In this document: positions 1 through 8,471 of the stretch, one piece after another | Numbering within the stretch: position 1 is the first letter of the stretch | Layout of the letters: each line of letters begins with the position of its first letter | IMG/VR virus record: IMGVR_UViG_3300045988_137040 | Direction: 5' to 3' (one strand) | Source of the DNA: a virus | DNA length: 64,000 nt | Position numbers and translations under genes: made by a program | The notes under the pieces: model-generated | What the model saw: only the letters and a program-made list of their open reading frames with translations | What the model was told of the DNA's origin: nothing | Databases searched by the model: none

Positions 1-606
1 GAAGATGCAATAGCGCTGAGAGCGGAACATCACCACCTTAGGCACACGCTTTCCCTTGGCGGTATTGGTAGGATTCTGCAACGTCTCCCAACCGCCATAG
101 ATGCCGTCGATGGCACAGCTCAGACTTCTCTCCATAATCTCCTTGTCGCCCAACTCGACGACGGCCTCTATCTTCACCACCGTCTCGGGCTCGGCGGCAT
201 GGTCGAAGAACATGCTCACGATGTCACGACCACGGAGATAATCCCACTCATAGGCTCCGCCGCACCCCTGCTCCACCTTACGGGCATAGATATAGGCACC
301 GGCTTTAAGAGTGTCGAATCTGACACTTTTGTTGCGTCGGGCCTCGTTGATGACATCGTTCACACGGTTGGCATCACGCTGCTCACGCTCAGCCCGTTCC
401 CGGCGTTGCCGTCCCTTGGCACTGGCACGATAGTCACCATGGAGTTCCGCAAGGCGTTCCTCGTATTGTGCCTGCATCTCCTGGAACTTTGCCGTGGCAT
501 CGGGGTCGTCGAGGTTACGGTCTGGGTGCAACTTTACGACCAGCCGGCGATGCTCCTTTCGTAGCTCGTCCTCGGTCGTACAATGGTTGAAATATTCTGG
601 TATCAT
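1..606 (-). CDS. J-domain (DnaJ-like) protein; 3' end runs off the window start
   Basis: Not in the supplied ORF track because there is no stop inside the window. Own translation of the minus strand from the ATG at 604-606 gives MIPEYFNHCTTEDELRKEHRRLVVKLHPDRNLDDPDATAKFQEMQAQYEERLAEL. The HPD tripeptide sits in a typical J-domain context. The frame stays open to position 1. Confidence 0.6.
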   Translation of the reverse strand, partial: MIPEYFNHCTTEDELRKEHRRLVVKLHPDRNLDDPDATAKFQEMQAQYEERLAELHGDYRASAKGRQRRERAEREQRDANRVNDVINEARRNKSVRFDTLKAGAYIYARKVEQGCGGAYEWDYLRGRDIVSMFFDHAAEPETVVKIEAVVELGDKEIMERSLSCAIDGIYGGWETLQNPTNTAKGKRVPKVVMFRSQRYCIF

Positions 607-632
607 AAATCGTTTTGATTATCTCCTTATGC

Positions 633-857
633 TTAGGAACCGAATATCTTATGCATAATTCGTTTCTCCTCTTCAAGCGTTGGCAAAACAGTATTGTTGC
701 AGGGAAAGCAATCCGCTATTGGCCAGAAAAAATCATTGTCAATCTCCGCCCATCCGTACACTTCCCTTAATCCTGTCACAATGTGTTTTCTCGATTGCGA
801 ATGTAGGTCGCAATAGACCTCCATCCCAATCCGTATCTCTTCTGCTTTTTCTGTCAT
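633..857 (-). CDS. hypothetical small protein (74 aa)
   Basis: ORF in a tightly packed co-directional minus-strand array. No recognisable motif. Confidence 0.45.
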   Translation of the reverse strand: MTEKAEEIRIGMEVYCDLHSQSRKHIVTGLREVYGWAEIDNDFFWPIADCFPCNNTVLPTLEEEKRIMHKIFGS

Positions 858-869
858 GATGACCTTGGG

Positions 870-1067
870 TTATTTCTCTCGGTACTCTTCCTCGCTAAAG
901 CTAAGGTCTTCGTCATCAGACGCCATATAGCAAACATCACTCTCGCGAAGACCTAACCCTGCCTTGCTGAACAGATAATCATTTATCTGTTCCTCTTCCC
1001 AATCGTCAGGGCAATTGTTGATGATTGTTACATCAGACGCGACGTAGTTCACAATTACTAATTTCAT
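870..1067 (-). CDS. hypothetical small acidic protein (65 aa)
   Basis: ORF 12 nt downstream of its neighbour on the same strand. Acidic composition. Confidence 0.45.
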   Translation of the reverse strand: MKLVIVNYVASDVTIINNCPDDWEEEQINDYLFSKAGLGLRESDVCYMASDDEDLSFSEEEYREK

Positions 1068-1071
1068 GTTC

Positions 1072-1275
1072 TTATCTTTTACTTAAGGGGCAATCATAGT
1101 GGAACACGACAAGGACTCTGAAATATTCCACAAAAAAGCTGCACAAGAGATTCGTGTCGTCGTCCTTTGCTGTAAAATAGTCACGTAGTCTACCGACAAT
1201 TGGCTCCAATATATCACGCTCTATTCCTGTGAGCCTATATGTAATTTCACGGTGCCATTGACCGTTTACAATCAT
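1072..1275 (-). CDS. hypothetical small protein (67 aa)
   Basis: ORF with a 4-nt spacing to the next gene. Same-strand packing is the only support. Confidence 0.4.
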   Translation of the reverse strand: MIVNGQWHREITYRLTGIERDILEPIVGRLRDYFTAKDDDTNLLCSFFVEYFRVLVVFHYDCPLSKR

Positions 1276-1341
1276 AATTTTAAGTATTAAATCGTTAGTG
1301 TTTGCAGGCAGTAATTCAACTGAGAATTACTGTCATGGATG

Positions 1342-1626
1342 CTACTCGACTTCGTAGATATAAATCAGTTCGTCATTGTCCTTGAGAATCGCATAGATTT
1401 CTCTGTCGAACGTTCTTTCAAATCTGTCGTTGTAAGAGTAGTAGAACTTCATCTCTTTCTCAGGCGTCTTTAAGGTGTTCCCCTTGTCGTAAACAACCTC
1501 GAAATTCTTACCGAACATCCATTGAAGACACGAATATATACTTGTAGCTTCATCAGCCGTAAAAGTACCGTTGTTGTTTTCATAAGAATTTCTTGTTAAT
1601 TCGTCGATGATGTCAAATGCTTTCAT
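1342..1626 (-). CDS. hypothetical protein (94 aa)
   Basis: Non-overlapping ORF in the early minus-strand array. Confidence 0.5.
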   Translation of the reverse strand: MKAFDIIDELTRNSYENNNGTFTADEATSIYSCLQWMFGKNFEVVYDKGNTLKTPEKEMKFYYSYNDRFERTFDREIYAILKDNDELIYIYEVE

Positions 1627-1691
1627 GTTACGTTTAATTTTAGTTGGACAATGTAGCCGTATATTCGTTAGAGAACATACGACTTAACGTC

Positions 1692-1955
1692 TTAGATTTT
1701 TACATCGTACTGCTTTACCTTTTTGTCCTTGCATACACCGAGTAGTTTACACTGTTTGTGTGGTACAAATTTCCACGTGAAAAGCACCACCACAGCTTTG
1801 TCTAACTCCTCGCCGTAACGTTGGCGATATTCGGCTATCTTACGTTCTACATAGCCGCCTACTTTTGAAGTGCATACGACCTTGCGGTCTCCGGTTATAA
1901 AGTCTCCGTCTTTGAACTTGAAATTGACCTCACATTTGATAAATTCTTTCTCCAT
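1692..1955 (-). CDS. hypothetical protein (87 aa)
   Basis: Non-overlapping ORF in the early minus-strand array. Confidence 0.5.
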   Translation of the reverse strand: MEKEFIKCEVNFKFKDGDFITGDRKVVCTSKVGGYVERKIAEYRQRYGEELDKAVVVLFTWKFVPHKQCKLLGVCKDKKVKQYDVKI

Positions 1956-2094
1956 GTTCTTTGCGTATTAAAAGTTAAGAGAAATGCCCACAGGTTAGTG
2001 TGGGCAAACCGTTACATCATTTGGACAGCCGTAGGCAAATCCTCGTACACGTGGTGAGAGCCTCTAAAAGTCCATCCGTTATTATTCTCATAAG

Positions 2095-2688
2095 TTAAGT
2101 TCTTTGTATTTTGTTCATTTGCTCTTCGGTGTATATCTCGCTATCATCCACATACACCATAGGCATGGAAGAGCACAGCCCATCAATGGTGTCGATAGCT
2201 TCCTCCACAGTCTTAACGTCGGTACCATAATATCTGTTGATATAGGGCACGGCTTCCTCGCCTTTCCATTCGTCCAGTCCTTGGAATGGCTCAAGGCCAA
2301 GGTCGTCGTCCTCCAACTGATATTTACCTTCGAGGTCTTTATCATTGCAGTGCGGTTCCTGCCCGAACTCATCAATGCCCTGCCATCTTAGAGAGAAGTC
2401 TGGCCAACGCTTATGGATGCAACGCAACACACCCGGTTGGAAACTCCATGCCCCACAATAGCGCACGCTCAGGATGTTGGAATCTTGGCGCTGAAGCTGT
2501 TCGGTGTACGCCCTGCGACTTTCCACCGTGCTTGGGTCGAAACCCATCGCTGCGATAGACTTGTAAAACGTGTAATAATCCTGCCTGGTTTGGCTTCCGT
2601 CTATCTCCTGTTGAAGGATAGACTCCAGTTTGTCGAGGTCACTTTCTCGGCCTCTGACAACCAAATCAACATAATAATCGTTTGCCAT
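2095..2688 (-). CDS. hypothetical protein (197 aa)
   Basis: Longest ORF at this locus. The overlapping alternative frames are compositionally odd. No confident family. Confidence 0.6.
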   Translation of the reverse strand: MANDYYVDLVVRGRESDLDKLESILQQEIDGSQTRQDYYTFYKSIAAMGFDPSTVESRRAYTEQLQRQDSNILSVRYCGAWSFQPGVLRCIHKRWPDFSLRWQGIDEFGQEPHCNDKDLEGKYQLEDDDLGLEPFQGLDEWKGEEAVPYINRYYGTDVKTVEEAIDTIDGLCSSMPMVYVDDSEIYTEEQMNKIQRT

Positions 2689-2714
2689 CGGAAATATATT
2701 TTGGTTAGATTCTC

Positions 2715-2818
2715 AGAATACAAAAAAGGCCGACACGTCTCACGACGCACCGGCTCGAAACAACTTTCAAAAATCTTACGTCGTATGGCACGTAAGTTAT
2801 GGGGGTCTCCTTTCATTC
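2715..2818. repeat. conserved intergenic module, copy 1
   Basis: Shares three blocks with 4122-4219: AGAAT.AAAAAAGGCC.AC.CGTCTCACGACGCA, then AACTTTCAAAAAT, then GGGGT.T.CCTTTCATTC. Confidence 0.75.
2722..2753 (-). terminator. rho-independent terminator inside module copy 1
   Basis: Minus-sense stem CCGGUGCGUC/GACGUGUCGG (with G:U pairs), loop GUGA, then U6. Confidence 0.55.
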
Positions 2819-2832
2819 ATAGATGATAGCGG

Positions 2833-3516
2833 TTACTCCTGCGGCGCCATGTTCTTGGCGACGTAGGCAGGAGTGTAGTAGAGCGATACGTTCAGCGTAT
2901 CGTTTTCCGACTGCTTAATCTCCGGCTCCACTTCCTCGCCCGTTAACGCGTCCTTCAGTATTTGTATGCGGTCTCTCATTTCCAGAGAACCGCAATAGCG
3001 AGGAAGATATTTCACATTTAGCTTATTCAGGCCGAGCCACCAATTCACCATCACGGGCTCACCATGGATGAAGCCAAGCACGTCATGCACGTGCCCCCAC
3101 CGTTGGTGGTCGATATATTCGCCGTCGTCGAAGAGGTCATCAAACAAGGCGTCGCTATGCAGGTCGGCACCCTCGTTGGTACAGGCTCTCACCCGGCGCC
3201 TCTCAAAGCGTCGCTTCACCTCGTCAGACGTAGCGGTCTTGTCGAGAATGGCGAGATAATTTTCACACGGCACATAGAGCTCTTGCGTCTGAGGACAGAA
3301 GAACACATCGGCCACGCAGTCCCCAGATGCCTTGTAGAACTCCTTATAGTCGTACTTCTCGTGACCATCGGCCACGCAACCGCGGTTGATAGAGAAAAGA
3401 CATCTCACGATTTCAAACATCGTAGCGTCTTTCTTAAATCCATAGTCGGTAAACTGACCACACGGCACGAACTTGTAACCGCCATAGGTAAAACTCTTCA
3501 AATTATTATTTACCAT
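2833..3516 (-). CDS. hypothetical protein (227 aa)
   Basis: Long ORF whose stop lies 3 nt from the start of... rather, its start lies 3 nt after the stop of the upstream gene 3519..4088. No motif recognised. Confidence 0.6.
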   Translation of the reverse strand: MVNNNLKSFTYGGYKFVPCGQFTDYGFKKDATMFEIVRCLFSINRGCVADGHEKYDYKEFYKASGDCVADVFFCPQTQELYVPCENYLAILDKTATSDEVKRRFERRRVRACTNEGADLHSDALFDDLFDDGEYIDHQRWGHVHDVLGFIHGEPVMVNWWLGLNKLNVKYLPRYCGSLEMRDRIQILKDALTGEEVEPEIKQSENDTLNVSLYYTPAYVAKNMAPQE

Positions 3517-3518
3517 AG

Positions 3519-4088
3519 TTATGCTGTTTGTTGTTTCAACATTCTCACTGCATCCATCACTGCCTCACGGATAGAAGGGGCGGGGGTGGCAGGCTTAGCA
3601 CTCACTTTCACGCTCGGTTGCTTAGTCGCTTTAGGTAACTTCCATTCTGGAATACAGGCGTACATACCGTCGGCATCCTTACCGAACACGGCTTTCTTTA
3701 TCAAAGACGGATAGCCGTTCCTGCGGCAGAACTGATAGCACATGATAAACACGTTCTTGAGAGGATAACCGCAACTGAAGCCCTGCTTGGGGTCGGTATC
3801 GCTCGTGTTGATGAAGAGGTGTACCATGTGTCTACGCATAACATAGCCGGACACACCAGGCACAAGTGCCAACTTCTTGTACAGTACATCGGGGTAGCGG
3901 CAATAGTTAATTTCAGTCTGCACCATTCTTGTATGCTTGCGACCCTCCACAATGTTCTCGCACATCTTCAGCACGTCGCTTAGCAGGAACTCGCCCTTGA
4001 CCTTGCACTTGGTGCAAAGCTCCCACATGATGGCGCACTGCATCAGCATCGACATGGCGATGCGATAGTTGATTTCTTTCTGCTCCAT
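3519..4088 (-). CDS. hypothetical protein (189 aa)
   Basis: Long ORF tightly coupled to 2833..3516. Confidence 0.6.
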   Translation of the reverse strand: MEQKEINYRIAMSMLMQCAIMWELCTKCKVKGEFLLSDVLKMCENIVEGRKHTRMVQTEINYCRYPDVLYKKLALVPGVSGYVMRRHMVHLFINTSDTDPKQGFSCGYPLKNVFIMCYQFCRRNGYPSLIKKAVFGKDADGMYACIPEWKLPKATKQPSVKVSAKPATPAPSIREAVMDAVRMLKQQTA

Positions 4089-4121
4089 GGTTGTTATATG
4101 TTGTTTTGTTACTCTGTCTTA

Positions 4122-4219
4122 GAATGAAAAAAGGCCACGCGTCTCACGACGCATAGCCTTCACCTAACTTTCAAAAATTTCGCAATTATGATACCGCGAA
4201 TGGGGTTTTCCTTTCATTC
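4122..4219. repeat. conserved intergenic module, copy 2
   Basis: See copy 1. Same order and orientation, between minus-strand genes. Confidence 0.75.
4128..4159 (-). terminator. rho-independent terminator inside module copy 2
   Basis: Minus-sense stem AUGCGUC/GACGCGU with an extended GGC pairing, loop GUGA, then U6. Confidence 0.55.
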
Positions 4220-4244
4220 CGCAAAGGTAATAATAATCTTTGGA

Positions 4245-4610
4245 TTAGAAGCTCACGAAGTGGATAAAACCGTCTCGCGTGTCGGCCTCCTGCTGACAGC
4301 GTCGCATGATGTCGAGGGCTTTCTCGGCTGTCATACCTGCCTCGTCGAGGGCTTTCTTGATAAGGTCGCTCTCCGTGAACAGTGTCGGGTCGTCGATATA
4401 CACCATGAGGTTCTGCATGGCATCCTCGTAGCCCATCACGTTGCACTCGAAATATTCCGAGTACATTCCGTCCTCGCTGCCAACCGCATTAGGCTCACCA
4501 CCTAACGCGGCCAACAGCTCGTAGAAGGCATGCACCTTGTTATGGAAATCGCAAGAAGTCTCAACATACTCCACCTCGTACTTCTTTGCAACATGAAGAT
4601 TCTGTCCCAT
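4245..4610 (-). CDS. hypothetical acidic protein (121 aa)
   Basis: ORF. Its first ~45 nt are duplicated in the scar at 5458..5538. Confidence 0.55.
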   Translation of the reverse strand: MGQNLHVAKKYEVEYVETSCDFHNKVHAFYELLAALGGEPNAVGSEDGMYSEYFECNVMGYEDAMQNLMVYIDDPTLFTESDLIKKALDEAGMTAEKALDIMRRCQQEADTRDGFIHFVSF

Positions 4611-4630
4611 AGTCGTAATGTATTAAAGGT

Positions 4631-5218
4631 TTATAGAAATAACTTTTCGTAGTCGATGCCGATAGCTTCGGCGATATAGTTCAAGTCCTTGTAGCTCCAC
4701 TGGTGCATAGAGAACAATTCTTGGATAGCAACCTCGGTCTGCTCCGTCACGTCCTCCAACCGCACATAGAACCGCTCGTTGTTGGGGTCGTCATATTGCT
4801 TGGCCAACTGCTCGTTAATCACCACCGTATCGCCCTCATGCTTTATCCACGATGTGGTATCAATGAAAGTGGGGATGTACGTGTTGAGCCACCGCATAGC
4901 CGCCTTTAGGTTGCCAAATGTGTGTGTCCAATGCGTCACCTTACCGTGTCGTTCAGGCAGCTCGGCATGGATAACACAGATATAAATCTTATCACCACGC
5001 TCGTTGCTGTTCTCGTAGGCGTGCTGCTTAGCGTCGAGGATAAGCTGTTCCAACTCGTTGGCATAGTAGCCTTGGGCGTACCGCTCTGTCTCGCCATCGT
5101 TCCACTCGATATAGAGGCTATAGCCGTTGTCCTCTTTCTCGGTGTGCAGTTGCGCACCATAGTCTTTCAACATTCGATTGGCATCTGCCAACATCGTTTT
5201 CCAATTTTCTTGTGCCAT
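4631..5218 (-). CDS. hypothetical protein (195 aa)
   Basis: Long ORF directly downstream, in the minus sense, of palindromic repeat copy A. Confidence 0.6.
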   Translation of the reverse strand: MAQENWKTMLADANRMLKDYGAQLHTEKEDNGYSLYIEWNDGETERYAQGYYANELEQLILDAKQHAYENSNERGDKIYICVIHAELPERHGKVTHWTHTFGNLKAAMRWLNTYIPTFIDTTSWIKHEGDTVVINEQLAKQYDDPNNERFYVRLEDVTEQTEVAIQELFSMHQWSYKDLNYIAEAIGIDYEKLFL

Positions 5219-5251
5219 AGTTCGTATGATTTAGTTGTTGTTATTGTTTAT

Positions 5252-5445
5252 GTCGCTACGCTTATCGGGGGTCGCTACGCTCGAAATGAAACGTAAAATT
5301 ATACGTAAAATTAAATTTAGAATTATCCTGCACTGCAACGAGCATGGTATGCGATAGCTAATTTTACGTTTAATTCTAAAGTTAATTTTACGTTCCATTT
5401 CAAGCCGCGAAGCGGCGACCAAAAAAGAAGAGCGCGAAGCGCCCC
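5252..5445. repeat. palindromic intergenic repeat, copy A (core 5270-5420)
   Basis: Ends GGTCGCTACGCTCGAAATGAAACG...CGTTCCATTTCAAGCCGCGAAGCGGCGACC. Four ACGTAAAATTA boxes (two per orientation) and an inverted pair of (A/C)TTTAGAATTA. Flanked by extra GTCGCTACGCT / GCGAAGCGC half-sites. Confidence 0.9.
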
Positions 5446-5457
5446 TCCCTTAGCGTC

Positions 5458-5538
5458 TTACGCAACCGTGAGCAGCTTGGGGCTCTCGTTGCCATTAGCC
5501 ACCTCGTACTTCTTTGCCACATGGAGATTCTGTCCCAT
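5458..5538 (-). pseudogene. chimeric 26-codon remnant: 5' end of gene 4245..4610 fused to the 3' end of ardC
   Basis: The minus strand reads MGQNLHVAKKYEV|ANGNESPKLLTVA*. The first part is near-identical at nucleotide level to 4566-4613. The second part is near-identical to 7333-7375. The junction lies in the shared CCTCGT..ACTT microhomology. Confidence 0.7.
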
Positions 5539-5703
5539 TGTCGTATTATTTTAAGATTGTACATTCAGTTATCGTCAACTCTGTGTGGTTGGTAGAATAG
5601 CTGCCAACGTTCGGGCTCGAAGAACATTTGTAGGATTTTGTCTTCTTCCATAATTCTATTTGTTTTGGTTATATTGGTAGGGAGATTACTCTCCCCGTTT
5701 GGC

Positions 5704-5931
5704 TTAGTCGATATGCTGATAAGTCTCGCCGTTCTCTTTCTCGTAATCGGTGTAGAATTCCTGATCATCTTCTATCTCTACTTTTTCTCCGCAGAAATCG
5801 TCGTTATCGAGAACAATATCGCAGTCATCATAGGCATCATGTACTTTCTGTAAAGCCTCTATCTCGCTCTCAGCATCAACGCTGACTACCTTGTTTATAG
5901 TCTCTGTGACTGATACGTAATATCTCTTCAT
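5704..5931 (-). CDS. hypothetical small acidic protein (75 aa)
   Basis: ORF downstream of tRNA-like element 1. Acidic composition, no motif. Confidence 0.45.
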   Translation of the reverse strand: MKRYYVSVTETINKVVSVDAESEIEALQKVHDAYDDCDIVLDNDDFCGEKVEIEDDQEFYTDYEKENGETYQHID

Positions 5932-5958
5932 AACTCTTGTAATTTTGGTTAATATTGT

Positions 5959-6002
5959 TCCGTGTCGGGTCTCGAACCCGATGTGCGCCTGTCGCTCACG
6001 GA
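5959..6002 (-). ncRNA. tRNA-like minihelix 1 (acceptor-like stem plus T-arm, 44 nt)
   Basis: The minus strand reads TCCGTG-agcgacaggcgcaca-TCGGG-TTCGAGA-CCCGA-CACGGA. T-loop-like TTCGAGA. No D arm or anticodon arm. Confidence 0.35.
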
Positions 6003-6011
6003 TGATAGATG

Positions 6012-6419
6012 TTAGAGTCTCTTGAGAGCAGCTTCGATGCCTGCGACTTTTTTGTCCTCAATCTTCGATATTTCTTGTAATATCTCGTCCAAGTGAGTAA
6101 CAAAACTAAGTGCATCTACTACGCGACCAACCTTCACATTAAGGTCACCAGCATATATGTCGCATATACCAAACTCTTGCAACAAATAGTAAATGGTGCC
6201 ACTATTTAGCGCAAGAAGATTGCATTTAACACAACTTATTTGCACGGTAATAACGCTGAAGGTAATACCACAGCGAGGGATGAAGATTTCTGTCATGTCA
6301 AGCTCAATGAGCTTATCGCATATAGCTTTCGCCAGTTCCTCGCACTTTTTTTTCAGTTCTTGAGACTTGTGTGCGTAATCGTCACGTCCAAGTACTTTCC
6401 ACATTTCTTTTTTCTCCAT
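6012..6419 (-). CDS. hypothetical protein (135 aa)
   Basis: Non-overlapping ORF in the early array. Confidence 0.55.
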   Translation of the reverse strand: MEKKEMWKVLGRDDYAHKSQELKKKCEELAKAICDKLIELDMTEIFIPRCGITFSVITVQISCVKCNLLALNSGTIYYLLQEFGICDIYAGDLNVKVGRVVDALSFVTHLDEILQEISKIEDKKVAGIEAALKRL

Positions 6420-6469
6420 AATTCTCTGTAATTTGGTTCATAGAAGAGGAGCTTGCAAGCTCCCCCTTG

Positions 6470-7312
6470 TTAGGCTGCGTCATTCTTCTTGATGCCGTTC
6501 TCTGTGAGAACCTCGTCGATCAGCTTATCGGTATCCATGTAGTAGCCCCAGCAGGAAACAATCTGCTCCCAGTCGTAGTCGTCCTCCGGCTCACGACCTA
6601 TTTCCGTGAAGACTTTCTTGTAATGGACTTTCTTCTCCAAGACGAATCCCTTGACATCTCCCCACATCCAAAGACCTATGCACTTAATCTCATGCTCGAA
6701 TAAGTCCAAGGCTCGCTTTCTCCAGTTTTTTGTATTAGTGTCATAATACTTGGAGAAACGCTCCTTGTCGCAGTAAGCATATCCGCTAACATAGTCTCCC
6801 TGGCAATATCCGCTGGATGACCACTCGTAGAATGCAATATCCTCGCAATCATGCAGAAGATACGTGAAATCGTCCTCTTCGAGGATATCGCAAAGTTCTT
6901 CTCTATAGACGAATCTCTTTAAGTCGCTCGGGCAGAACTCTTCGTGGTTGTACCACTCGCCCTTGTACAGATTCTCAAGATACCACATGCGGTCACTCTT
7001 GTCATAGCGCATACGGTAATTATCGACGTTTTCACTATTGATGTAGTCGATAATCTTCTTTTGCGACACATATATGCAGACAAGCTCTTTCAAAGCATCC
7101 TCTGCATTTTTAGCGTCAACTTCGCTGCTGCAACAACGAGACAGACCTCTATTGTATCCGTTGTCGGAATAGTCCCAGAAGTAAACTCCCACCAAATCCC
7201 ATGCAGTGCAAGGGCATTCGGCATCCTCATCCTGGTAAATGGTGATTCTGTAATCACCGATTTCCTTCTTTGCAAATTCGTAACTCACATCATTTAATAA
7301 ATGGTTAAACAT
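6470..7312 (-). CDS. hypothetical protein (280 aa), Cys/Trp/Tyr-rich
   Basis: Long ORF 20 nt downstream of ardC. No family recognised. Confidence 0.65.
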   Translation of the reverse strand: MFNHLLNDVSYEFAKKEIGDYRITIYQDEDAECPCTAWDLVGVYFWDYSDNGYNRGLSRCCSSEVDAKNAEDALKELVCIYVSQKKIIDYINSENVDNYRMRYDKSDRMWYLENLYKGEWYNHEEFCPSDLKRFVYREELCDILEEDDFTYLLHDCEDIAFYEWSSSGYCQGDYVSGYAYCDKERFSKYYDTNTKNWRKRALDLFEHEIKCIGLWMWGDVKGFVLEKKVHYKKVFTEIGREPEDDYDWEQIVSCWGYYMDTDKLIDEVLTENGIKKNDAA

Positions 7313-7332
7313 TGAATATCCCCATACAAGGG

Positions 7333-8427
7333 TTACGCAACCGTGAGCAGCTTGGGGCTCTCATTGCCATTAGCCGCCTCGTCGTACTTGCGCAGGATAT
7401 AGTTCACGGCTTTCTGTACCTGGTCGATGACAGCCGGCACGAAGTCCTTGTCAGTGCGCAGGGCGCGTCGCCAACTCTCAACATAGGCGATAGTGTTCTC
7501 GTCGAGCAGCTTGCCGATGCCGAGCATAGAGCAGACACACGCCGACGAGAGTTCAGCCACAAACTCCTCCATGGCATAGTCCTCAGTACCGAAGGCGCCC
7601 GTCACCTCACGGTTCACGGCCTTGGCCGTGGAGTGTGCCATCTCGTGCAGAGCGGTGCCATAGAACTGGGCATCGCCGAGGAAGTTCTTACGCTCGGGCA
7701 GATGTATCTCGTCCTTGCCTATGAGGTAGCAACTCTCTCGTCCACCGAAACGGATAGGACAACGCCAACCGCCAAAGAGTATCATGTGCTCCAACACGTC
7801 GTCACGCACACCCTCCTTGTAGTCATGCTCCGGTGTCTTGGTCATCTCGGCATAGTCGTCGGGGTAGAGCGTGGCGAAGTTCGTTTGGTCGAGGTTATAG
7901 ACCAGATAGCTCTCCTGTATGAACCACGTCTTGCCTTCTTGCTTCTCCTCAAGGGTCAGCTCGTCCCATTCCTCGTCGGTCAGCTTGTTGCCATCGGCAT
8001 CGTAGTGGACAGGCTTGTAGAAGATAATCGGAAACCTGCGCTCCACGTCCATCTCCGGCATCCCGTTGTCGCCGAGGATAACCATGCCGTCGTCGTCGAG
8101 TTTCGGAGTGGCGTTAGCCATCAGGCCGTCGTACTTCAATTCTCCGTTCTCGTTCTTCATCTGACTCTTGGTGATGAAGTACGGAGTGTTCCAGCCTCTC
8201 ACGCTGATAAGCATAGAGAGCCAGAAATAATTGCTCTTACGGTATGGCTTTCCCTTGCGGTAGAGGTTGCAGGGCGCACCCACCGTGGCAGCCACCCACG
8301 GCTGCTTGTAGTCGTGCTGCTCCATAGAGTTCAGTGCCTCGATGAACAGCTCGGCATACTTGGCCTTCATAGAGTCCGACATGCGCAGACCCTTACGGCC
8401 ACCCTTGTGATTTCTTTTCGTTGCCAT
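7333..8427 (-). CDS. ardC: ArdC-like antirestriction protein (ssDNA-binding N-domain plus zincin metalloprotease domain)
   Basis: 364 aa. The N-terminal segment KSNYFWLSMLISVRGWNTPYFITKSQ resembles ArdC-N/DUF1738. The C-terminal part has an HExxH motif (LHEMAHST) followed by EEFVAEL. Confidence 0.8.
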   Translation of the reverse strand: MATKRNHKGGRKGLRMSDSMKAKYAELFIEALNSMEQHDYKQPWVAATVGAPCNLYRKGKPYRKSNYFWLSMLISVRGWNTPYFITKSQMKNENGELKYDGLMANATPKLDDDGMVILGDNGMPEMDVERRFPIIFYKPVHYDADGNKLTDEEWDELTLEEKQEGKTWFIQESYLVYNLDQTNFATLYPDDYAEMTKTPEHDYKEGVRDDVLEHMILFGGWRCPIRFGGRESCYLIGKDEIHLPERKNFLGDAQFYGTALHEMAHSTAKAVNREVTGAFGTEDYAMEEFVAELSSACVCSMLGIGKLLDENTIAYVESWRRALRTDKDFVPAVIDQVQKAVNYILRKYDEAANGNESPKLLTVA

Positions 8428-8471
8428 AATAGTTCCTCCAATAATTTATGGTTGGTTATTCTGATTGTGTT

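Noticed and set aside
199-564. 121-aa plus-strand ORF
   Set aside because: It is antisense to the J-domain gene, which has a clear HPD motif and remains open to the window edge.
5565-5768. 67-aa minus-strand ORF (or a 28-aa version from the internal ATG at 5651)
   Set aside because: The long form overlaps 5704..5931 by 65 nt, and the short form is too small to support from sequence alone.
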